From a virus: a stretch of 64,000 nucleotides of DNA. Position 1 is the first letter of the stretch, and each line of letters opens with the position of its first letter. The position numbers were made by a program, and so were the translations under genes. The stretch spans positions 1 to 64,000 of IMG/VR virus record IMGVR_UViG_3300045972_000071; one strand, given 5' to 3'. Below, one piece after another: positions 36,795 through 45,314 of this stretch. The notes under the pieces are model-generated. The model did no database searches, was not told the DNA's origin, and was given only the letters and a program-made list of their open reading frames with translations.

Positions 36795-37130
36795 TTGAGG
36801 GACTCTCAAGTACCGGTGGATTGGCGAATCTATCGACTGAGGACCTCCGTTGGTGAAGGAGTAGCGACCTCAGCAGTTTGCAATGATATAATACCCGGTG
36901 TCGGTAGAAGTCCGACTATCTGCATCAAGCTGATGCGGAGAATACCCTTAACAGGTGAAAGATTGACGCTATGCCGGGACACAAGGACTTGGGAGTAGAA
37001 CCCGCATCGGTAGCATGGCACCGACTCCCATATGATACCGTACTCTACATGCTGATTAGGCACGTGAATTTCGTGTCAGCTAAACAGAGTTCCTTAAACG
37101 GGTAAGGGGATATTGGTGACTCCCCACTAA
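36795..37130 (+). ncRNA. Candidate structured non-coding RNA A
   Basis: No credible ORF; many nested hairpins with G:U pairs and a T-loop-like GTCGG-TAGAAGT-CCGAC. Confidence 0.5.
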
Positions 37131-37173
37131 ATATTATAGGAGATAACATGGGTGAATTAATTAAAACAGAAGT

Positions 37174-37434
37174 GTGATTATCCGAAATCGTAAAAACCTA
37201 AGCGAACAGATCCAGATCATTATTGACTATGAAACACGCAAGATCGGTGTAGTTCATAATAGAGGAATGGAGATGATCGTGATTAGATCCGTTCTGTCTA
37301 ATGATGTTGCTGTGTCCTATATTGAAACGGAAACTGAAAAGGGCCCTATTCCAACTAAAGACCCTTTTGATCCTGCTAGAATTAAAGTCGGCAATGGAAT
37401 TCAAGATTGCACGTTCACAACTGATAAGCCATGA
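37174..37434 (+). CDS. Hypothetical protein (start preceded by a 9-codon leader ORF)
   Basis: GTGA overlap with the 37148-37177 mini-ORF. Confidence 0.5.
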   Translation: MIIRNRKNLSEQIQIIIDYETRKIGVVHNRGMEMIVIRSVLSNDVAVSYIETETEKGPIPTKDPFDPARIKVGNGIQDCTFTTDKP

Positions 37435-37676
37435 TACAACTACGTGTAAATACAGAGGTATTGGCTCCTTCCCTTGAAGAAGCTGAGTGGTTACGGGACT
37501 TGCTACAAAATCCTGTGTACGAAGACGAAACCCGCTCTGAAAAGAGAATGCGGGAAATATGGCACCCTGCTCTGGATGTGTACATAAAAACGCTGAAAGC
37601 ACCTATGCACCCACAATGTGGTACTTGTTTCAGAGATAAACCAGATCATGATTATGATGACGACATCCCCTTTTAA
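37431..37676 (+). CDS. Hypothetical protein ending DDDIPF
   Basis: SSB-like acidic tail. Confidence 0.55.
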   Translation: MIQLRVNTEVLAPSLEEAEWLRDLLQNPVYEDETRSEKRMREIWHPALDVYIKTLKAPMHPQCGTCFRDKPDHDYDDDIPF

Positions 37677-37685
37677 GGAGAAGGT

Positions 37686-38387
37686 ATGAGTGAAAACAAA
37701 GATGAAGTTTTAAAGATGCTTGGAATGATTAAACGCCCCGGGATGGATAAACTGATTGATTGGTTGTCAAATGAAACTGATTACTTCACGTCTCCGTCCT
37801 CTACGAAGTATCACGGCAACTACGAAGAGGGGTTAATTGACCACTGTCTGAACGTCTATGACTCACTCGCACTGCTCAATGCTGAATTTGGTGATAATGA
37901 GTATAGCGAGGAATCATTGATGGTCGTAGCCTTGCTCCATGACATGTGCAAATGCAATACATACATTCCGAATGATGATCCTGCTTCCGATGCTCAGATC
38001 AAATATGCCCAGAGTTTGTTAGATCAGAATGGGAGAGAACCTCTTCCGAAAGTCAAACTCACAAAATGGTATGTCAGTAAGGTCATAGATCATCTGAAAA
38101 GCGGTGAAGGTGAGTTCCCTGAATTTGCAGCCGCATATAAAGTGAAAGATAAGTTTCCAATGGGACACGGAGAGAAGTCTCTATACCTCATTCAGAAGTT
38201 TATCCGTCTTTCTGATGAAGAAGCACTGGCAATACGTTGGCATCTCGGTGCGTTCGATCCTGGCTTTCACTTCGGATACCCCACAGGTTTCGCCACTCAG
38301 CAAGCAGTACGGGAATGTCCTCTTGTTACAATGACGATTTCAGCAGACTTTCTGGCCACTTGGATGGTCGATATTACAGTAAAATAG
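37686..38387 (+). CDS. HD-domain phosphohydrolase
   Basis: YHG..EGLIDH, LLHDMCK, GHGEKS, AIRWH, AD. Confidence 0.85.
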   Translation: MSENKDEVLKMLGMIKRPGMDKLIDWLSNETDYFTSPSSTKYHGNYEEGLIDHCLNVYDSLALLNAEFGDNEYSEESLMVVALLHDMCKCNTYIPNDDPASDAQIKYAQSLLDQNGREPLPKVKLTKWYVSKVIDHLKSGEGEFPEFAAAYKVKDKFPMGHGEKSLYLIQKFIRLSDEEALAIRWHLGAFDPGFHFGYPTGFATQQAVRECPLVTMTISADFLATWMVDITVK

Positions 38388-38582
38388 GAGAACACATGTT
38401 TGAGCCGAAACTGAATGCACTGGTAGTTATCAAGAAGGGTAAATGTGATTGTGATGGATTATCTGCAGGGACTGTTGGATTTATAAAGTTCATTGAGCAT
38501 CCAGATGCGTTCATGGTACAAAAGCGTGATAGTGACAAGATACTGTGGCACTGTCGGGAATGTGTAACAGCATTCAAATAAT

Positions 38583-38870
38583 ATTAGCAGGGTTGGACAA
38601 TGCTGAATGATTTCTCCACTCATAAGCCCTGAAGGACACAACCGTTCATCGCTCCTGTTAGCTTCGCCGCTATAACGACAAGGTGACAAGTGTGTTGGTA
38701 TAAGGAGAAATTGAGAAATGTATGATACGTCATTCAGTCCCGGTGGGCGGGAAAACGTCAGGTGGGAGAGAAACCCATTGTAATGGTAGCCAATCCATTA
38801 CTTAGTGGCAATGAGACACTGCCACATGAAGAACAATACTCTATAAGAAAATGCGAGCCCACTAGCTAAT
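38583..38870 (+). ncRNA. Candidate structured non-coding RNA B
   Basis: Closed by attagc/gctaat; nested helices and three T-loop-like hairpins. Confidence 0.55.
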
Positions 38871-38938
38871 TTTATTAAAAGGTAGAATAAAGATGTGCTA
38901 TTATCATTATGTAAGAGATTGAATTGAAAGGAGAAATT

Positions 38939-39478
38939 ATGCCAGATGTAAGTTTTAAAGTTGAATTAGCCATTGATAAGAACAACCTCGATGTTTGTGC
39001 AATGCATCAACCTGAATTGTATGCTCAGTGGGCTTGTAATTGGGCTGATGCTGTCAATGATCGGGACAGAAGCAAAGACAGATTATCTTTGGTAAGGAGT
39101 GAATGTGACACAGAAATCAGATCAACTCCTAGTGAGTTCGGATGGACAAAAGTCGATAAGCCCCCTACGGAAGCATTTATTGCATCTGCTATTTGTGGAC
39201 ATCCAAACTTCGTTGAAGCAAATGAGGACTTCTTATCAGCCTGCCATGAGGTCAACATTCTGTCTGTCGCAAAGGAATCCTTCGAACAACGAAGAAAAAT
39301 GATTGAAGTTTTGGTTCAACTGTATGTATCCTCATACTATTCAGGCAATAAGGATTTTGATCGTGCTTATGAACCTGCGGTAACAAAGTTGGCTGCCGAA
39401 GCACATTCAGAGCATCTGGAACAGAATCCACGTCTTGCCCGTAGAAAGTTGAAAACCGATGATTCTTCTAACAGTTAA
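38939..39478 (+). CDS. UvsY-like recombination mediator
   Basis: IDKNNLD...QPELY helical protein upstream of the SSB and RecA genes. Confidence 0.6.
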   Translation: MPDVSFKVELAIDKNNLDVCAMHQPELYAQWACNWADAVNDRDRSKDRLSLVRSECDTEIRSTPSEFGWTKVDKPPTEAFIASAICGHPNFVEANEDFLSACHEVNILSVAKESFEQRRKMIEVLVQLYVSSYYSGNKDFDRAYEPAVTKLAAEAHSEHLEQNPRLARRKLKTDDSSNS

Positions 39479-39612
39479 GGTATTACTTGCTATTTTCTTG
39501 GCGCTCATTCTGGCATACTGCATAGGGCGTATGTTTGGCATGGGCTTTGGTAAGTCAATCACAACGATGTCGGCTAGCCTAAGAGGCACTACGACAAAAG
39601 GAGAGAAGAAAC

Positions 39613-40725
39613 ATGAAGCCCAGTGAACGCAGGAAACAGATGAAGAATGACATGGCGGACCGTCTGCAAGAATCGTACAACAGCAAAGATTCTTCCGGTA
39701 AGTTCAAAAGTATATTCCTGAAAGACAAGATCGGTAACGTCCAGAAATGGAAAGCGTCCGAAGATGAACACTTCCTGAACATCATCCCATTCATTGCCGG
39801 TAACAACATGCCTATCGTTGACGGTAAGAAACTCGCCGCTGGTAAAGTTGCTCACTGTCTTGATGTGTGGGTACACGGTAAAGTCGGCATCAACGAGGAC
39901 AGCTACATCTGTCTTGCTCGCTCTTACGGTGGTAAGTGTCCTATCTGCGAGGAGCAAGCCGAACTCCGCAAACAGGATGATTATGATGATAAGTATGTCA
40001 AGTCATTGAATCCTTCTCGCCGTGTTGTCTACAACATCGAGTGCCTTGATTCTGACAAAGAAGCAAAGAAAGGTTTGCAGTATTTTGAAGTATCACACTA
40101 CCTCTTTGAAAAAGAACTGACTGAAATCGCTAAGAAACCCCGCGGTGGTGGATTCATTACTTATCAGGATCCAGATGATGGCAAGATCGTTTTCTTCCGC
40201 AAGAGTGGCAGTGGGCCAACAAACACAAAATACTCAGCGTTCAAGTTCGAGGACAGAACTGAAATTGTCTCCGATGATATTCTTGATGCCGCTCTTGTTC
40301 TTGACGAATGCATTCACATTCCTTCTTATGAAGAAGTGAAAAACGCATTCTACGGTACAGAATCAGAAGTTGACCCTGAGGCTCTGGAAGAGCGCAAGAC
40401 CGAATCTGAAAGTACACGTAGACAATCAGCACCGCCTAAGTTCAAATGCCCTGGCGATCGTCCTACTGACTTCGGTGATCTGGAAGCATGTGATGATTGT
40501 CCAGATGTTGACGCTTGTGAGAAAGAATTGGAAGCTAAGGAAGAAGCCGACCTGGCTGCTAAAACTGCTCAAGAAGAGAAAGCAGAAGTGAAAGAAACCC
40601 CCTCGGCTACACGGCGTGTACGTTCTTCTGCATCTGAGGAAGCGTCTGTTGAGAAAGAGACCGTAGCTGAATCGACTACCGATCAGACTGAAGGTCGCAG
40701 ACTTCGCCGTAGACCAGGCGCTTAG
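39613..40725 (+). CDS. gp32-like single-stranded DNA-binding protein
   Basis: IIPF, H, CL...CPICE Zn site, DPDDG, TKY; acidic C-terminal region. Confidence 0.75.
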   Translation: MKPSERRKQMKNDMADRLQESYNSKDSSGKFKSIFLKDKIGNVQKWKASEDEHFLNIIPFIAGNNMPIVDGKKLAAGKVAHCLDVWVHGKVGINEDSYICLARSYGGKCPICEEQAELRKQDDYDDKYVKSLNPSRRVVYNIECLDSDKEAKKGLQYFEVSHYLFEKELTEIAKKPRGGGFITYQDPDDGKIVFFRKSGSGPTNTKYSAFKFEDRTEIVSDDILDAALVLDECIHIPSYEEVKNAFYGTESEVDPEALEERKTESESTRRQSAPPKFKCPGDRPTDFGDLEACDDCPDVDACEKELEAKEEADLAAKTAQEEKAEVKETPSATRRVRSSASEEASVEKETVAESTTDQTEGRRLRRRPGA

Positions 40726-40727
40726 TC

Positions 40728-41795
40728 ATGGCGGGCATAGTTCGCAGAAGTGTAGGCAACTCCGTAGCATCGGATATCAAAGAAAATAAATCCGATGAAT
40801 CAACAACACCCAGTGGGGCTAACGTCCCGACAAACTTTGCAACAACTGTATCCACTGGTTCTACACTTCTCGATCTTGCTATATCAGGAGGCCGTCTCGA
40901 AAGGGGCGGCATTCCTGGTGGCATTATCGTAGAGATATTTGGACCATCCGGTGCAGGAAAATCAGCATTACTCTCAGAACTATCAGCATCTACTCAGTCC
41001 CGTGGTGGCAAAGTCAAATTCTTGGATCCAGAGGCACGTCTTGACAAAGCGTACACTGAAATTTATGGTGTAAATATCAAAGAGGACTTTGAATATGCAC
41101 GTCCCGATACTGTATCCGGTATGTTTGTTGACGAAATATGGAACTGGGATACACCGAATAAAGATGTAATTAACATGATTGCCGCTGACTCACTCGCCGC
41201 ATTATCTACAAATATGGAGATGGACAATGACGACGGAGATAAAATGGGAATGCGGAGAGCGAAAGAGTTTTCTGAAGGACTGCGTAAAACTTGCCGTCTT
41301 ATCGCTCAAAACAACTGGCTTATTGCCATGTCTAACCAAATCAGAATGGGAGAAGGTGGGAAAGTCACGACACCCGGAGGACATGGCGTTCCATTTTATG
41401 CATCGTTGCGAATGCAGATTAAGCCCGGATACCCTACATCAAAGATTGTCAAGAAGAAGAAGATGGGCAAAACGGAGGTTTCTAAGGTACTGGGAATCTT
41501 ATCTGAGGTTACTATCGTTAAATCATCAGTCGATGATCCTTGGAGAACAGCACCTCTATCTATCATCTTTGGATATGGCATCGACACCATCCGTGACGAG
41601 TTGCAGTATTATAAGGATCTCACAGGGGAGACCACTTATAATTGCTTTGATAAAACGTATGCCGCAATGGACCCAGCTATCGCTTTCATCGAAGATAATG
41701 GATTCAAACGGAAACTCCAAGATCGAACAATCGGTCTTTGGAACGAAGTGCAAGACAAATTCAAAACTAACCGCAGAGTAAAGGACAGGAGATAA
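40728..41795 (+). CDS. recA: RecA/UvsX recombinase
   Basis: STGSTLLDLAISGG, EIFGPSGAGKS, DPE, DSLAAL, NQIR, TPGG...FYASLR. Confidence 0.92.
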   Translation: MAGIVRRSVGNSVASDIKENKSDESTTPSGANVPTNFATTVSTGSTLLDLAISGGRLERGGIPGGIIVEIFGPSGAGKSALLSELSASTQSRGGKVKFLDPEARLDKAYTEIYGVNIKEDFEYARPDTVSGMFVDEIWNWDTPNKDVINMIAADSLAALSTNMEMDNDDGDKMGMRRAKEFSEGLRKTCRLIAQNNWLIAMSNQIRMGEGGKVTTPGGHGVPFYASLRMQIKPGYPTSKIVKKKKMGKTEVSKVLGILSEVTIVKSSVDDPWRTAPLSIIFGYGIDTIRDELQYYKDLTGETTYNCFDKTYAAMDPAIAFIEDNGFKRKLQDRTIGLWNEVQDKFKTNRRVKDRR

Positions 41796-41796
41796 C

Positions 41797-42084
41797 ATGC
41801 AAGTTACGCTTATCAAAGTAGAAGGTATTTTGTTCGTTGGACAGACCGAAGAGGGTAGACCCTCACTCATTAAAAACCCCAGAATGGTATTTGCAAATCA
41901 TGAAACCGGAGAAGTCAGTGTGGCGAAGTGTATTGCTAATCCCAAAGAAATGATGGTACCTACTGCACCGACTTTCGTTTATACCAGCAATGATGCAGAA
42001 TTTGATAAGTTCTACCTTGATGCTATAGTAGAAGAAGGTGTAATTATAACCCCTCCTGTGAAGAACATCAAAATAGTTAAGTAA
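41797..42084 (+). CDS. Hypothetical protein
   Basis: Operonic ORF with RBS. Confidence 0.6.
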   Translation: MQVTLIKVEGILFVGQTEEGRPSLIKNPRMVFANHETGEVSVAKCIANPKEMMVPTAPTFVYTSNDAEFDKFYLDAIVEEGVIITPPVKNIKIVK

Positions 42085-42106
42085 AACATATGCATCATTG
42101 ACATTA

Positions 42107-42137
42107 AAGCACGGAGAACTCACTCTCCGTGCTTTTA
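42107..42137 (+). terminator. Intrinsic terminator
   Basis: aaagcacggaga-actcac-tctccgtgcttt-t. Confidence 0.75.
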
Positions 42138-42152
42138 AAGTGAGGTTTTATA

Positions 42153-43037
42153 ATGCTGAATGACGCAACAATCAACAAAGTGATTATCCTTGATTCAAAT
42201 GCCGTATGTCACAAAGCGAAACACTCAATGGAGAGTTTATCCTATGAGGAAAAGAAAGTAGGTATTATCTTCGGGTACTTTGTTCAGATGTTGAAGTTGG
42301 CAAAGGATCACAAATCGAATCAGTTTGCACATACTTGGGACAGTAAAAGTTCCAATCGACTAAAATTGTTTCCTGCTTATAAAGAGAAGCGCAGGATGGG
42401 AGTAGATAAGACCGAAGAAGAAATAGAGTACGATGGATTAGCCTATGAGCAGTTTGATATGATACGTGATGAAATCATTCCAGCCATGGGATTTAAAAAT
42501 AACTTTCACTATCCTGGTTTTGAGGGTGATGATCTGATTGCAAGCATCATCGACAACAGCGGGGAAGAGCAAGAACTTGTTATGGTGACCGGTGATGAAG
42601 ATATGTTTCAGTGTCTTTGTGATGGTGTTGTAATGCAAAGGAAGAAGGGTGTTTATACTCATAAAGACTTTATGAAAGAGTATGGAATACCTGCTTACAA
42701 GTGGGCAGAAGTCAAAGCAATAGCTGGTTGTTCTACTGATGAAGTGCCAGGTATTCGTGGTGTCGGTGAAAAGACAGCCATTAAGTACTTGCTGAACATG
42801 TTGAAACCTACTACCAAAGCGTTTACTGATATAACTTCACAAGCAGGAAAAGAAATCATTGCCCGTAATCGCAAGTTGGTCACTTTGCCATTTAAAAACA
42901 CGCCTGATTTAATCTTGCAGAAAGACACCAAACTATCACTGGATGCTTTCTGTGATGTCTGCAACAAATACTCATTCCAGCACCTTCTTAAAAAGGAGAA
43001 TCTTTCACAATGGAAACGATACCTAAACTTAAAGTAG
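42153..43037 (+). CDS. 5'-3' exonuclease / flap endonuclease
   Basis: ILDSN, YKEKR, EGDDLI, TGDEDMFQ, D.VPGIRGVGEKTA. Confidence 0.92.
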   Translation: MLNDATINKVIILDSNAVCHKAKHSMESLSYEEKKVGIIFGYFVQMLKLAKDHKSNQFAHTWDSKSSNRLKLFPAYKEKRRMGVDKTEEEIEYDGLAYEQFDMIRDEIIPAMGFKNNFHYPGFEGDDLIASIIDNSGEEQELVMVTGDEDMFQCLCDGVVMQRKKGVYTHKDFMKEYGIPAYKWAEVKAIAGCSTDEVPGIRGVGEKTAIKYLLNMLKPTTKAFTDITSQAGKEIIARNRKLVTLPFKNTPDLILQKDTKLSLDAFCDVCNKYSFQHLLKKENLSQWKRYLNLK

Positions 43038-43462
43038 CCGCAGTGCCTAGTTTTAGAGATATATGTGGATGCGGACATCCTTCATCAGATCACATGACGA
43101 AAACATCCTCTGATTATGTGAACACAGGTAAATGCACTACTGGCACATGCGATTGTGATGGATTTCACCGTCTTGTAGAACAGCCCGCAGTTGTGTCCAC
43201 GATCACTGTTAATCCTAAATCCGCAAAGATTATTAAATTGATGTTTGATGAACTGGAGAAGGCTGACAAGAAGTATCCTCACGATAAAATGTCACGTAAG
43301 GAACTGAAATGCTCCCTCGCCACCGTTAAATGTGAATTTGAAGAATTGAAGCGGGAAACAAAGCGCAAAAAGAGGGATATGAATCTTATGCAGAAAGAGG
43401 CTATCCAACTACTTGCAATGGCATTCAAATTCAATCGTGATGTTATCTTTGAGAGGGACTAA
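43010..43462 (+). CDS. Hypothetical protein (Cys/His N-terminus, MazG-like C-terminus)
   Basis: CGCGH..H..C..C.C; EFEEL...KEAIQLLAM. Confidence 0.55.
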   Translation: METIPKLKVAAVPSFRDICGCGHPSSDHMTKTSSDYVNTGKCTTGTCDCDGFHRLVEQPAVVSTITVNPKSAKIIKLMFDELEKADKKYPHDKMSRKELKCSLATVKCEFEELKRETKRKKRDMNLMQKEAIQLLAMAFKFNRDVIFERD

Positions 43463-43677
43463 TGGCGTTTCCACTGGGAAATAAAATGGGTGGCGGTGGT
43501 TATCATGCATACATCACCATACCTTTACTGAAAGAAAGAATGCAGGCCTTGAGAATATCCAGAGAAACAATGGAAGCTAGATCAGGTGTGTGCATGACTA
43601 CTATCCGCAGAGCAAGAGCAGGGTTTCGTATCAGAAAGCATTTAGCCGATTGTATTGTGGAGGTTCTCCGTGGATGA
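43462..43677 (+). CDS. XRE-type HTH protein
   Basis: LKERMQALRISRETMEARSGVCMTTIRRA. Confidence 0.65.
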   Translation: MAFPLGNKMGGGGYHAYITIPLLKERMQALRISRETMEARSGVCMTTIRRARAGFRIRKHLADCIVEVLRG

Positions 43678-43760
43678 AACACTGGTATACACAATGATGT
43701 CTGCTTGACAGTGTATGATTTATGATCTATCATGTACTTACTAAATAACTAGGAGGTACT

Positions 43761-44396
43761 ATGAGAGGTAAGAAAGTATGTAAAATTGAAGGATGTGGTG
43801 CTTACTGTTTTGGTAATGGTCTGTGTGGCAAGCATTATAGACAAATGCGGGATTACGGTAAAATATTTGCACGAACTATAAAAGACCCAAATGATTTTAT
43901 AATAGATGGTTCTATATGCAGAATAGGATGTTATGATTTGAAACATAATTTAAAAGGATATATAATAATAGATGCAGAGGACAGTGAAAAATGTAAACCG
44001 TTCAAATGGAATATGGGAACCGGTGGTCCTGTAGCTAAAGGAATAGTTTTGACTAATTTGATAATGAATAATGACCCAACTACAAAATTGGTAGTGGATC
44101 ACAAAGATAGGAATACTTGGGATAATAGGAAAGACAACCTCAGAATATGTACAGTTAAGGAAAACGCCAGAAATAGGGTTCATCCTAAAAATAAATCAGG
44201 TTACCGTGGAGTATCTTGGAGTAATAAAGAAAATAAATGGATTGCCACGATTCAACACGATAGTAAGCAAATGAGATTAGGATGTTTTACCGATATAATC
44301 GAAGCGGCAAAAATGTATAATATGATGGCAAAGGAGCTACACGGTGAGTTTGCGGTTCTGAATAAAATTCCACTTATTAGGAGAAGAAATGGTTGA
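43761..44396 (+). CDS. HNH-AP2 homing endonuclease
   Basis: VDHKDRNTWDNRKDNLR, SGYRGV, LGCF..IIEAAKMYN..AKELHGEFA. Confidence 0.88.
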   Translation: MRGKKVCKIEGCGAYCFGNGLCGKHYRQMRDYGKIFARTIKDPNDFIIDGSICRIGCYDLKHNLKGYIIIDAEDSEKCKPFKWNMGTGGPVAKGIVLTNLIMNNDPTTKLVVDHKDRNTWDNRKDNLRICTVKENARNRVHPKNKSGYRGVSWSNKENKWIATIQHDSKQMRLGCFTDIIEAAKMYNMMAKELHGEFAVLNKIPLIRRRNG

Positions 44397-44658
44397 CACC
44401 TATATGTTAATGACGCCGGAAGATACTTATGATATTACCCTTATATCCACTATAGAAGTCCTCTTGCAAAAGCTACGTGCAAGACAGAAAGACAAGAAAC
44501 GTCTGTACCGTCTTGAGCAGGTAAACAGCGCACTTGTGACATTTGAAAATATGTATGAGGGGTGCATTCCAGAAGAATATTCTCATAAGGCACAAGCATT
44601 CGATGATATAGTAAATTCAGCATTGAGAGACTTGCAAATCATTCGAGGTGATAAGTGA
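44389..44658 (+). CDS. Hypothetical protein
   Basis: Operonic ORF. Confidence 0.55.
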   Translation: MVDTYMLMTPEDTYDITLISTIEVLLQKLRARQKDKKRLYRLEQVNSALVTFENMYEGCIPEEYSHKAQAFDDIVNSALRDLQIIRGDK

Positions 44659-45314
44659 TAGTCATAGGAATTGACCAATCAAAACGATCTACTGCGGTGA
44701 CAGCCCTGGATGAATATGGTGATCTGTTTGGATTCTGTTTGATAAACCCCCCTCTGTACTATGACGGGGAAAAGCTGATAAATTATCAGTGGGAAAAACT
44801 GAGTTCATTCTTAGATAGTATGCCCAATGATGAAATAGTCATAGCCCTAGAGGGTGCGGCATTTGCCGCTGGTGGTGCTTCAAGTGATCTTCTGTGGGGT
44901 ATTCAGTGGTACATCAGAACACGCATACATGTTGAGTTTCCAGGGGTACCGATAGGTATTATAACTCCAGCTACTTGGCGTTCAAAGATTCTCCCTGCAT
45001 CTGAACAAAGAGAATGGAAAGCGAAGTGCGGGGGCAAGATTGGGCTGAAACACGGAGTAGTTGCAGTTACTCCGGAGTATATCAGATTACGATTTGAAGC
45101 ATATCTGGAAGGTATCAAAGCAATCATCCTGGTGGCAAAAGGGAAAGAACCCGACAGCAGAAGTAAAGTGTATAAGGAATGCCTGTTCGATCTTTGTGAT
45201 TCCTGGGGCATTGCTCAACACCGATTGTCACTTACGAAAAAGACAGCAAAGTTTGTTCCTGCACCGGCACCTAAAATGAGTAATATCAAAAGGAGATTCC
45301 CTAATGCTCAATGA
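44655..45314 (+). CDS. RuvC-like Holliday junction resolvase
   Basis: IGIDQS, IALEG, ITPATWR, DLCDSWGIA. Confidence 0.75.
   Translation: MIVIGIDQSKRSTAVTALDEYGDLFGFCLINPPLYYDGEKLINYQWEKLSSFLDSMPNDEIVIALEGAAFAAGGASSDLLWGIQWYIRTRIHVEFPGVPIGIITPATWRSKILPASEQREWKAKCGGKIGLKHGVVAVTPEYIRLRFEAYLEGIKAIILVAKGKEPDSRSKVYKECLFDLCDSWGIAQHRLSLTKKTAKFVPAPAPKMSNIKRRFPNAQ

Noticed and set aside
36795-38870. tRNA genes
   Set aside because: No cloverleaf with a GTTC(G/A)A T-arm and acceptor stem was found; reported as candidate ncRNAs instead.
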